64,000 nt of DNA from an uncultured Candidatus Babeliaceae bacterium (GTDB lineage: Bacteria; Babelota; Babeliae; Babelales; Babelaceae), in NCBI GenBank assembly GCA_964549625.1, contig CAZJVA010000003.1, positions 12,967 through 76,966 of the forward strand, in the 5' to 3' direction. A program made the position numbers and the translations under genes. Below, in pieces: positions 1-9,100 of this stretch (the first letter of the stretch is position 1; each line of letters starts with the position of its first letter). A model generated the notes under the pieces. The model did no database searches. It saw nothing but the letters and a program-made list of their open reading frames with translations, and was not told the origin of the DNA.

Positions 1-2025
1 CGTTTTGCTGAGCTTGGTCGCGCAAGTTCTTCGCCTTGGGCTTTGTTTACGATCTCAAGAATAGTAGCCGCCGTTTGATTGTCGAGTAATGCGGTATTAG
101 CAAGAGCATACGTAGCTTCGGCGAGAAGGATGAATGCGCGGCGTCTTGTTTTCTCATCACGTTCAGGTGTATTGATTATTTCTGTTGCTATTTTCAGGGC
201 TCTTTGCGCGATGGCTTCCTGTTCAAAACTTTCGTCTTCCAAGTTTTGTAGTTCTTTGGTTATTAGCTTATTTACCTCATTATCACTTAACAAGGTTGTT
301 ATTTCTTTATTGTATGTTTGGTGCTGTGGTTGAAGCGATTTTATTTGGGGTATGAAAGTTTTTTCATCATCATCTTCTTCTTCTTCTTGGATTTGGGCGC
401 TTGCAGCTTTTATTAGTGGCTCTGGCATCTGTTCGCGATTTTGAGCTTCTTTAATTCGTGCCTTTATTGGGGATGTTCCGATGTGTTTGTTTTCTGAAAA
501 GATATAGGTGAGCGCTTTTAGATTTTCATGTTCCTGGTTGATGTTGGGCAAGGAAATTATTTGTTCTGCGAGTGGTTTTATTTGCTTGTCAATTTTGGCA
601 AGCGTTTGAAGAGACAGTTGTTGGTCTTTGTGTAAGAGGTCGAAAAGAATGATGCTTGGTAATGTGAGCAAGATTTTTTTTGGGCGCATGTTTTTCTTGA
701 TCATTTCAACGCTTTGGTGAAGATATGTTTCAATTATTGGTAGGAGCGCCCGCGCAAAAAGTTCTTGGTTTTCTAGAATTAGTCGGCTTTTTTCATGTCT
801 GTTGTTTAAGAAAAACTCTTCTAATGGTGTGGGATCGAGGCTGATTGGTTGGGAAGCAAACAATATGGCAAGTTCGTTAAAAATGTTAGTAGTAAAAGCT
901 TTGGATAAATTTAAATTTTGTGCCAGTAATAGACGGGTAAGTATCAACTGGCGCCATAGCCACCAGTCAGCTTGTTGAGGCAATATGTCCATTCGTGCTT
1001 CTTCTTTATATTTTTTGTTAATAATCTTAAACAATTCTTCTACTACTAAATCGATGTTTGCAATCTTTTGTTCGGGGTTGTATTTGGCGGATTGAAGTTC
1101 GTATATGTGTATACGACCTAAAGATTCCCATACATTTGCAAGTGTTGATTTGGTTAGGTCTTGCAGAGGTATTCCTGCCAGCGCTATTTGGAAAAAATTG
1201 ATAATAGCTTGCCTGTTTGCTAGCTTGAGAAGTGGAAATTCTGCAAATTGATAGCTTGCAGTGATATTTTGTATGAGCTCTTGAAAGGCCTGAGAGCGCT
1301 CTTGTTTGTTTAAACCTTGGATTCGTTCTTCGATTTTTTCTAATTCTTCAATAAAAGCATCGCCTTTTAAATCATCTTGTTCGATAGTCGAAGCTTGTTT
1401 TAGGAGGCGGACGTAATCGTCCGCAATGTCCTCTATGATTTCTTGTATATCGGCCTTGGCCAATATTTCTTTTTGTTTTTTCGGGATAGAATAGACGGCT
1501 TGTGGTATTATTTCTTTTTTTGCTACATGGGCTTGTTTTTTGGGTTGTTTTTTTGTTGTGCCGCTGGTCTAATGGTTACAGAAGGCGCCTCTAGCTTTTC
1601 CTGAATTGTTGCGATTGCCAATTGCCACATCATGTGTTTTTTTACTTCGTCCTCATGATTGATTAGTAAGTTTTTGATTGCTTTGCCGATACGTTCTTTT
1701 TGGTCTTCTTGAATCTTGGGATTATTGATAATTTCTGTGAGAAGATCTAGTGCTTTGAGTGTGAAAATGCGAGCGAATTCTTCATTGTTAGCTAAAAAAA
1801 TCTTTTCGGCTAAGGTCATGCTGTGGTCAATTTCATGTTTTTTCATCTGTTGAGTTTCTGCAAGACCTATGGTCTCAAAGATTGTTTCCGCTAAAAATTG
1901 CTTCTCCTGCGGGCTCAAGACATTTTTTCTAGCATTCTAAGCGCAGGCTGGATATTGGCTGCTGTAGCTAAGTATGGAGCGAAAAAAATCCCTAACAGAG
2001 CAAGCAAAAATAACTGTTTTTTCAT
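1..2025 (-). pseudogene. Large secreted hypothetical protein whose reading frame is broken twice. Pieces are a signal-peptide mini-ORF (1915-2025), a middle ORF (1523-1918) and a long open frame from 1568 to position 1 that runs off the window. Either a frameshifted gene or homopolymer sequencing errors.
   Basis: AGGAAG Shine-Dalgarno lies 7 nt upstream of ATG 2025. MKKQLFLLALLGIFFAPYLATAAN is signal-like but stops after 36 codons just past an A6 run (T6 on + strand, 1923-1928). One extra A would read through into the 1523-1918 ORF. That ORF ends in an A-rich tract (runs at 1515-1521, 1536-1541, 1548-1554), where a third frame opens at 1568 and stays open to position 1. The first possible start in that frame is TTG 1463. 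Confidence 0.5.
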
Positions 2026-2167
2026 GGTACTACTTCCTTTTAAAACCTATATTTATATTATAAAATAAAAAGCTGTTTCTTGGAAAGTAAAGTTTTTGAT
2101 AGCAGGCGTGAACAGGTATGCGTTGTTATACAGGCAATTAGCATAATGCTTTACAGCGACGGTTGGT

Positions 2168-4567
2168 TTATGAGGGTTGGGTAAAGGACTTAAGAAGTGT
2201 TTGTGCTCGTTGCGTAATTTGTATGGGTAAGTTGGCTTGTCGTGCAACTTCGATACCAAAGCTTCCTTCGGCGCATCCTGGTTCTATTTTGTGTAAAAGT
2301 AATATGCCGTCTTCAGTTTGAATGCTGGCTGCGTGATAGGCTACAATGCCGGTATTTAATGTTGTTAGTGCTGTAAGTTCGTGAAAATGGGTGGCAAAAA
2401 GTACTTTGGCTTGTATCTGGGTATGGAGATACTCAAGGACTGCTTGCGCGATGGCGAGCCCATCGTATGTGCTCGTGCCACGTCCAACTTCATCAAGGAT
2501 AACAATACTTTGCGCTGTGCTGTGATTACAAATTGTTGCTGTTTCTTCCATTTCAACTAAGAAGGTGCTTTTGCCTTCTGTTACGTTGTCTGAAGCTCCA
2601 ATGCGTGTAAAGATGCGGTCCGTGAGGGGTATTTCTGCATAACTTGCGGGTACAAATGAACCTATGTGTGTGAGTAATACTATGAGGGCGACCTGGCGTA
2701 AATATGTTGATTTGCCCCCCATGTTGGGACCTGTAATTACCCAGGTTCGCGCATCGGGTGTAAGTGCGGTATTGTTCGGTACAAATTCTGAACCAAGGTA
2801 TGAAGCGACAACGGGATGCTTCCCTTGGCTGATATGTAATGGCCCTGATTCTCGAACTGTCGGTTTAACCCAATTATGATTCGCGGCACAACGCGTGAGA
2901 CCGATTAGCGCGTCAAGCAGTGCAAGCTGTTGACCCGTTCGCCTCAGGTGTGGACCAAATGAAATAACATACGCCATTAGTTCTTCAAATAGTTTTACAT
3001 CAAGCTTTTGTGCAGTTTCTTCTGCAGTTTTAATTTGATATTCAAGTTTTTGCAATTCAGGCGTGGTATAGCGTGTTGCGTTAACCAGGGTCTGGAGCTT
3101 GATGTAATGCTCGGGAGCACTTGGTGATTGTGCTTTGGTTAGCTCAATCGTGTAGCCTTGAATACGATTGAATTTAACTTTTAAAGAATTGATACCCGTT
3201 GAGCTTTTTTCAGCGTTTTCAAAATCGACGAGTGCATTAGTGCCATAGAGGGCTTGGTCTCGGGCTTGATCAAGTTCATGATTATAGCCGGAACGAATGT
3301 GCCAGGTTGCATCAGAATCTTCACAGAGAGCTTGCTCAAGGTATTTGTGAAGGGGGGAAAAATCAAAGAGACTCGTTTGAATTTGTTCGAGAATTTTGAT
3401 TTGAGTAAAATCTGAAAGTATTGCTTTAATTTTAGCTACCCCTGAAATAGCCTGTTTTAGGGAAACTAGGTCCTTGTGTTGACTGCGCTTTAAAAGAATG
3501 CGCCCGGTTATTCTTTCTAGGTCTCCAATTTGTTGCAGGCTCGAAAGTATTTCTTCGCGAACAAAAAGTTTGTCCTTGAGAATATCGATTGCTTCTTGTC
3601 GTTGGTTGATAATATGTTTTTTGCGTATCGGGCGTGCAAGCCATTTTTTGAGAAGGCGTGATCCCATGGCCGTTGCACATTGGTCTAGTAAGTAAAAAAG
3701 TGAACCTTCTTTTTTACCGGTATTACTTATAAATAGTTCGAGGTTGCGTTGCGTTGCGCCATCGATGATTACGTAATCTTCGGGGCTATAGATAAAAAGC
3801 TGCGAGCAAAACGGAAGCGCTCGTTCTTGGTTTTGTTTTAAAAATCCGACCAAGAGGTTAAGAGAATCACGCATAGCGGGTGAATATAAAACCATAGCTT
3901 GGGTTTCTTGTGGATGACTTTTTAACCAATCAAGGAAAATTTGTTCATATGAAGTAGGGTCAAACCATGAAAGGACGTAGCCGCTTTGGAGTAGCTTTTT
4001 TGCAAAGCTAGAAGCTTCAAGAGTGGGATGAAGGATTATTTCATCGGGGGAGAAGCGGGCGAGCTCTGCATCGAGGAGTACATCTTGCGTTCGATCAATG
4101 GTTGTTGCAAATATCTGGCCAGTCAAAAGTTCTGCAGCTGCAAGTCCAATGGTTTTGCCATCGGCCAGAGGTGCAAGTGCAATACAGTATGATGCCTTTT
4201 TATCATCAAGCATGCGCAGATCGGTTAGGGTGCCTGGAGTTAGTACTTGTGTTACCCCTCGTTCAACAACTTTTCCTGGGCGTGCTTCTTCCAATTGATC
4301 ACAAAGGGCGACCTTAAAACCGCCTTTGATTAACTTAAGTAAGTGGTGATCTACGGCGTGGACCGGAACGCCGCAAAGGGGGATGGGTTTGTTCTCAAAT
4401 GTTCCGCGCTTTGTCAGTGCGATACCCAAAAAAGCGGAAGCTCTTTGGGCGTCATCAAAAAAGAGTTCATAAAAATCACCCACCTGAAAAAGCAGAAGCG
4501 TTTCTGGGTGCTCCTCTTTGATTTTAAAGTATTGTTGCAGAAGTGGAGAAATTTTTTTTGTTGCCAC
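2168..4567 (-). CDS. mutS: DNA mismatch repair protein MutS
   Basis: 799-aa ORF. N-terminus is LLQQYFKIKEEHPETLLLFQVGDFYELFFDDA (MutS domain I). Also present are Walker A GPNMGGKSTYLRQ, DEVGRGTSTYDG and FATHFHELT. Confidence 0.95.
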   Translation of the reverse strand: MATKKISPLLQQYFKIKEEHPETLLLFQVGDFYELFFDDAQRASAFLGIALTKRGTFENKPIPLCGVPVHAVDHHLLKLIKGGFKVALCDQLEEARPGKVVERGVTQVLTPGTLTDLRMLDDKKASYCIALAPLADGKTIGLAAAELLTGQIFATTIDRTQDVLLDAELARFSPDEIILHPTLEASSFAKKLLQSGYVLSWFDPTSYEQIFLDWLKSHPQETQAMVLYSPAMRDSLNLLVGFLKQNQERALPFCSQLFIYSPEDYVIIDGATQRNLELFISNTGKKEGSLFYLLDQCATAMGSRLLKKWLARPIRKKHIINQRQEAIDILKDKLFVREEILSSLQQIGDLERITGRILLKRSQHKDLVSLKQAISGVAKIKAILSDFTQIKILEQIQTSLFDFSPLHKYLEQALCEDSDATWHIRSGYNHELDQARDQALYGTNALVDFENAEKSSTGINSLKVKFNRIQGYTIELTKAQSPSAPEHYIKLQTLVNATRYTTPELQKLEYQIKTAEETAQKLDVKLFEELMAYVISFGPHLRRTGQQLALLDALIGLTRCAANHNWVKPTVRESGPLHISQGKHPVVASYLGSEFVPNNTALTPDARTWVITGPNMGGKSTYLRQVALIVLLTHIGSFVPASYAEIPLTDRIFTRIGASDNVTEGKSTFLVEMEETATICNHSTAQSIVILDEVGRGTSTYDGLAIAQAVLEYLHTQIQAKVLFATHFHELTALTTLNTGIVAYHAASIQTEDGILLLHKIEPGCAEGSFGIEVARQANLPIQITQRAQTLLKSFTQPS

Positions 4568-4592
4568 GGATACAGATCATGTTTTTGTACAC

Positions 4593-4628
4593 CCTCAAGT
4601 CTTAGTTTAGTATAACAGAGACTTGAGG
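4593..4628 (-). terminator. Hairpin between the stop of the 1096-aa gene and the mutS start (possible terminator or processing hairpin)
   Basis: Perfect 10-bp stem CCTCAAGTCT (4593-4602) / AGACTTGAGG (4619-4628) with a 16-nt loop. No clean U-tract follows on the minus strand. Confidence 0.3.
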
Positions 4629-4642
4629 CTGCGTCATGGTTT

Positions 4643-7600
4643 TTAGGCTGTGGCCTTGGTTGGAGCGTTATACGATAGCTTGGCCATAAGGGGTACTGCG
4701 GTATTAGGGAGCGTAGCCAAGCGTCCTTGGGATAGATATTTTTGGTACCCGAAATAGGCTATTCCACCAAGTGCAATGGCTGCGCTTGTGTAGAAAATTT
4801 TGTTTTTATGGCGCTGAAAAAAACTAGGCTGAGTATTTTGATTTTTGATGCCATGTGTCGGGATTGTGACAGATTCGTCAAGGATAGCGTTTTTGAGTTC
4901 AGCACACGTATCAAAGCTTAAGCTTTGAGCGAGTGTAATAAAATCACTTGATTCAGGGTGCTGAGAGCTTTTGGCAAGTGTGGCAAGTTGCTTTTGTGCC
5001 TGAGGATCTTGTAACCATGTACTCTGTTCTAAAAGTGTTCTCTTTTTTTGCCACGCAAGAAAATCCATGAAGACTTGGTGACAGGCAGCTTTTTTGCTGG
5101 CGTCCCAGGTTATGTGTGCGTTAAGCTCATGTTCTAACTTGGCGATCTTGGTGTAAAGTTTGCGTCGGATGGCACGTGCTTCAGCAGGATTGCTAGCGGG
5201 AGTTTGTAGATTGCTTGTTTCAGCTTTGATATTCGTTATTTGCTGCATAAAGTATGAAGTAACGTAGTTTTCTTTTTTTAGGAAATTGCAGAGTCGATTA
5301 TCAATGGTGTGGGTGATTTTTTCAATTGGTGCTGCATCATCCGTATAGAGCAGATTCAATTCTATTTTTGCGTTTTCCCAGGATTGAAAAGTATGAAGCT
5401 CTTGAATTTGTTGTTTTAATAATTCCTCGAATTTTTGAAGGACTGGGCCAGACTCTTTTGTGTTCTTTGGGAGCTTATCTAGGACCAAAGTTTTTAAATT
5501 GATCTCAAGAGGGATTGGCGAACCATCTTCTTTGCGACCACCGAGCAGTGATGTGTAGGTACTTTGTGATGCGGATAATATAGGGCCGAAGATGTACTGT
5601 TCCAAATTTTTGACAATGCCGGAGTCGTTTTCATTGGTGCTCTTTTCTAAGCCGCGAATCTCCGAAACGCTGTTCACAATATCGCTACCAACTTGGTAGA
5701 CTCCCGCAGCTACCCCTCTAAATATGGCATAAATTGTGGGAGTATTGTCTAGTAACCAGGCGCGGTATTGCCATCCCCATGTCAACTGTTTTTTCTGGGC
5801 AAGTAGTAGTTTCATAGAGTTCGCTATTGCAGAGGTTATTTTGCCAGATGATACAACTGTTTTGAGAGCGGAGGTTATGGTTGATGTATTTGGTGCCTCG
5901 GTTATTTTTTTGCCTGAAAAGAGGTTTAAAAAAACTTCGTAGTCTTGTTTGGTGTGGGAAAAACCACTTTCTAGATTTACTATGTATATCGATATTTTGC
6001 GTAGTTGTTGCGCGTCAAAAGCCTTCTCCAGAGATTGCTCGATTGCTCGGCGACTCTGTTTGGAAAGCTTGAGAAATGATGGAATTATCTGTTCTGCGTT
6101 AGGGAAAAGTTGTGGATATGCTTTTAGCGTTTCCGTTATAATATCTGCGGCTTTTTGAGCCATGGGTGCTCCCCAGCGCTCTTCGCAGTCATTATAGTAA
6201 CTGAGTAGGATGTACCCGATAATATACGTTTGGTTTTGAGAAAAGAAGTTTCTGATAAATACCGCTTCACGCAACGTTGCAAGAATCTGAGTGGTGTTTT
6301 GGCCTAGAGAAGGGTATGTTGTGTTTTGTTCGGTCGTAAATTTGCCGGGAAAATTGTTAGAAGCAGGGATACTGATATCTCTTATTTTAAACATAACATG
6401 AGAATTGGTTTCTGAGGCGTCAGGACAGATTTTGTTGTAGCCTGGGTAGTGGGGGTTGGAAAATATTTTGATAAGGGCATTTTGTTGCACCTCTGTGGAA
6501 TTCGGGGCATTTATGATATCAGGATCAAAAACGATTTCTGCTGCATGTAAAATTGCATGAAACTCTTTTATAAAGTTTTCGATCGCTAGGTAGTTGGTGC
6601 CGAACAGTTCGCAGAGTGGTTCTTTTGCAGAGTATTTCGGGCCTTCTTTTTGATAATGCATTATCAGCGTCTTCAGGTCTTCTTTTTGATGCGGCAGTTT
6701 ACCAGAAGTTTTGTCCGTTTGACTTAGGTTCTCTGCTTCTAGAGTTTCTAAGAAGAGCATGGCCCGCGTGTTGAGTGTTTTGAGAAATTCTTTTTTTGTT
6801 TTCTGATCTTGAGAATCAATAGTTTCTAGTATTGTTGCGTCATTTGCAAGTGGATACTTTTGTGCTCGTTTGAATTTTTTTAATAAGTCTCTGAGCTTTA
6901 AAGTTTCCGTGACACTAGAAAAGGTATTGGGATTTTCCTTTAAACTCTTTATTTTGTCTAGAAGCTTTTTAAGCTCTGGGCAATTAGAGATTTTTAATTC
7001 ATCTGCTTCGTTAATAAAGCGACCTTTTTGGTTTAGTAATTGTTCTTCGGCGCTTTGAAATGTGCGGCGCGTGTTTGTGACTATTTCATCCGTTGCAGAC
7101 TTTGCAAATTCATCTAAATCAGCATTAGGCTTGAGATGTTCGGTTAGGTTTTTGCGGGTTTTTTGCAAAGATTTAAAGGCTTTTTTGGTTTCTTTAGAAA
7201 TTGTTCTTTTTGGTTCTAGTTCAGTTATCGCATTATCGATACCTTGGATTGTAGCAAATAGTTTTTGCCGCTGTTCTGACATTTTCTCAAATGTTTCTTC
7301 CGCATTGATACAATTGAATTGCTTAAGGAAAACATCTGTAAGCCTTTCAGGCGCTTGTAATGCATTTTTAAATTCTTTGCATTTTTTTAAAATTTTTTCT
7401 TCAGCTAGGGATGGATGTTGTTTTGCTTTATTTAACAGCTCTTTAAGTGATTGTTCTTGTTGGGGGAGTTTTTCTTGCAGTGTTTGCACCTGTGCTGATA
7501 GAGGATGGGGGTTGTTTGAGAGGTGCTGGGAAACGTTTTGTGCTAATTTTTTAATCTCAAGCCTTTGTTCTACAAAATCAGCTTTAGCAGGGGTTGCTTT

Positions 7601-7933
7601 TTTCCAAAAGCGCAGCGCGTTGAGAACTTTAGCGCCAAAGGAAGGAGGAGTAATTTGTTCTTTAATTCTTTTGATATCCGATGTATATAGGTCTGTTAGC
7701 CTAGTTTTTGAAACGATATCTTCTATGATTTCTATAGCTTCTTGAAGAGCTTGCTGTTCAAGTTCTTTTTCTGAGTATAACAAATAACTTGCCCAACCAG
7801 TTTTCGTATAGTCTGCGCTTAGATTGTTGAGTTTTACGATATATGGATCATATGCGTTGTATGTTGCGCTGGTGTAGGCAGAAAAGCTGAAAAGCAATAT
7901 GAGCGAACGTTTGAATATTTGGTGAAAATTCAT
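4643..7933 (-). CDS. Large hypothetical protein with a signal-like N-terminus and a C-terminal TM anchor
   Basis: Uninterrupted 1096-aa ORF. N-terminus is KRSLILLFSFSAYTSA, the body is K/E/Q-rich and helical-looking, and the C-terminal hydrophobic segment is FYTSAAIALGGIAYFGY. I recognise no catalytic motif. Confidence 0.75.
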   Translation of the reverse strand: MNFHQIFKRSLILLFSFSAYTSATYNAYDPYIVKLNNLSADYTKTGWASYLLYSEKELEQQALQEAIEIIEDIVSKTRLTDLYTSDIKRIKEQITPPSFGAKVLNALRFWKKATPAKADFVEQRLEIKKLAQNVSQHLSNNPHPLSAQVQTLQEKLPQQEQSLKELLNKAKQHPSLAEEKILKKCKEFKNALQAPERLTDVFLKQFNCINAEETFEKMSEQRQKLFATIQGIDNAITELEPKRTISKETKKAFKSLQKTRKNLTEHLKPNADLDEFAKSATDEIVTNTRRTFQSAEEQLLNQKGRFINEADELKISNCPELKKLLDKIKSLKENPNTFSSVTETLKLRDLLKKFKRAQKYPLANDATILETIDSQDQKTKKEFLKTLNTRAMLFLETLEAENLSQTDKTSGKLPHQKEDLKTLIMHYQKEGPKYSAKEPLCELFGTNYLAIENFIKEFHAILHAAEIVFDPDIINAPNSTEVQQNALIKIFSNPHYPGYNKICPDASETNSHVMFKIRDISIPASNNFPGKFTTEQNTTYPSLGQNTTQILATLREAVFIRNFFSQNQTYIIGYILLSYYNDCEERWGAPMAQKAADIITETLKAYPQLFPNAEQIIPSFLKLSKQSRRAIEQSLEKAFDAQQLRKISIYIVNLESGFSHTKQDYEVFLNLFSGKKITEAPNTSTITSALKTVVSSGKITSAIANSMKLLLAQKKQLTWGWQYRAWLLDNTPTIYAIFRGVAAGVYQVGSDIVNSVSEIRGLEKSTNENDSGIVKNLEQYIFGPILSASQSTYTSLLGGRKEDGSPIPLEINLKTLVLDKLPKNTKESGPVLQKFEELLKQQIQELHTFQSWENAKIELNLLYTDDAAPIEKITHTIDNRLCNFLKKENYVTSYFMQQITNIKAETSNLQTPASNPAEARAIRRKLYTKIAKLEHELNAHITWDASKKAACHQVFMDFLAWQKKRTLLEQSTWLQDPQAQKQLATLAKSSQHPESSDFITLAQSLSFDTCAELKNAILDESVTIPTHGIKNQNTQPSFFQRHKNKIFYTSAAIALGGIAYFGYQKYLSQGRLATLPNTAVPLMAKLSYNAPTKATA

Positions 7934-8085
7934 ACTTTTAAACTCCGGCTATTTGTTTTTTAAAAGCTATACGCCTTCCTATTTTTATTCTCTTGTCAGT
8001 ATACAGAGAATTTTATTTTTGAAAAGTTTAATTTCTTTTAGAAAGTTTAGTTTTGGGCTAGGTTGAGTGAGTGGTGGTTGTTTGT

Positions 8086-9072
8086 CTAAAAGAGCTGCGG
8101 AAGAAGATTATTTCGTTTTTGTGTGCGTAGTTGTATTTCTTCGATAATATTCTGGATGGTTTGTATCTCTTCTTGTGCTGCTTGAGTGGCGGTGATGTTT
8201 GGTTGCCGCAAGGTTGCGTTCATTTTTTTGCTGAACAAGTTTCCTGTTTTAAACAGCATTCCAGCAAGAATGCTTAGTTTTTGTTTTTGGTGTTGGTTTG
8301 TTGTTTCATCGATTTCAAATGCCAAAAAGCCTAGGATTTTTTCGAGGTCATGTATTAGCGATTGTGCGTGATACCAAAGGTATTGATGTTGGAGCTCTTG
8401 TTCTTCAACCATCTGCACATTGAGATCTTTTAATATGTAGAGGCAGCTTCTCGTGTTAACGGCATAATTTGTGTGATTTTGCAAAAGCCATTCAAGGGAC
8501 GGTTTGCGGGCAAGTAATTCGTTTAGGGGGAGTCGTTTTGTAATAGCGTTTGTTACGCTTCCTGTAACGGTATCAACCACCAAGGTGCTGATAAGTCCAT
8601 CGACAATAAGGCTTCCTGCGTGTGATCCTAGGGCTTTTGTTTCTTGAATAAGCCAGTTTTGGGTAGATGGTGTGTGTGGCGTTGGTGGTGCGAGTTCAAG
8701 GCGATCTTCCAGGGCCTGTACCCGTGCAGTAAGTGATTCGATTTGCTCAGTAGTAGATAGCTGTTTGTTCTTTTTACCAAAGAGTTTCCATGCGATAAAT
8801 CCTATGCCGCCGATGAATGCGCCGGTGCGGATTAGTAAAAAGAGCCGCTTGCGTTTTTTGCATAGCTGGGAGATTTGCTTTATTTCTGTTTTATTGAGCT
8901 GGGGAATTTCCAGGAGCGCTGTTTCGGGCGCTTTTTCTAGTTCTTTTTCCTCCGTTAGCTCTCTAACAAGATCTTGTTGATTTGTTTGATAGGTAATTTT
9001 ATTGCGTGATTGAGTTGGCCAGTTAAATATGGCGCAGCAGCAAAAGATTCCAAATACAATGTTTCGATTCAT
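8086..9072 (-). CDS. Hypothetical membrane protein
   Basis: 328-aa ORF with a hydrophobic N-terminus (NIVFGIFCCCAIF) and an internal TM (LFLLIRTGAFIGGIGFIAWKLF) flanked by basic residues. Confidence 0.65.
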   Translation of the reverse strand: MNRNIVFGIFCCCAIFNWPTQSRNKITYQTNQQDLVRELTEEKELEKAPETALLEIPQLNKTEIKQISQLCKKRKRLFLLIRTGAFIGGIGFIAWKLFGKKNKQLSTTEQIESLTARVQALEDRLELAPPTPHTPSTQNWLIQETKALGSHAGSLIVDGLISTLVVDTVTGSVTNAITKRLPLNELLARKPSLEWLLQNHTNYAVNTRSCLYILKDLNVQMVEEQELQHQYLWYHAQSLIHDLEKILGFLAFEIDETTNQHQKQKLSILAGMLFKTGNLFSKKMNATLRQPNITATQAAQEEIQTIQNIIEEIQLRTQKRNNLLPQLF

Positions 9073-9100
9073 AATTTATAATCCCCCATCAGATTTTTAT

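Noticed and set aside
7062-7745. 227-aa + strand ORF (and neighbours at 5736-6158 and 6870-7058) inside the 4643-7933 gene
   Set aside because: It is antisense to a 1096-aa uninterrupted ORF. Its product is S/F/C/L-rich low-complexity, as expected from the T/G-rich + strand, where stop codons in some frames are depleted. There is no RBS or recognisable motif.
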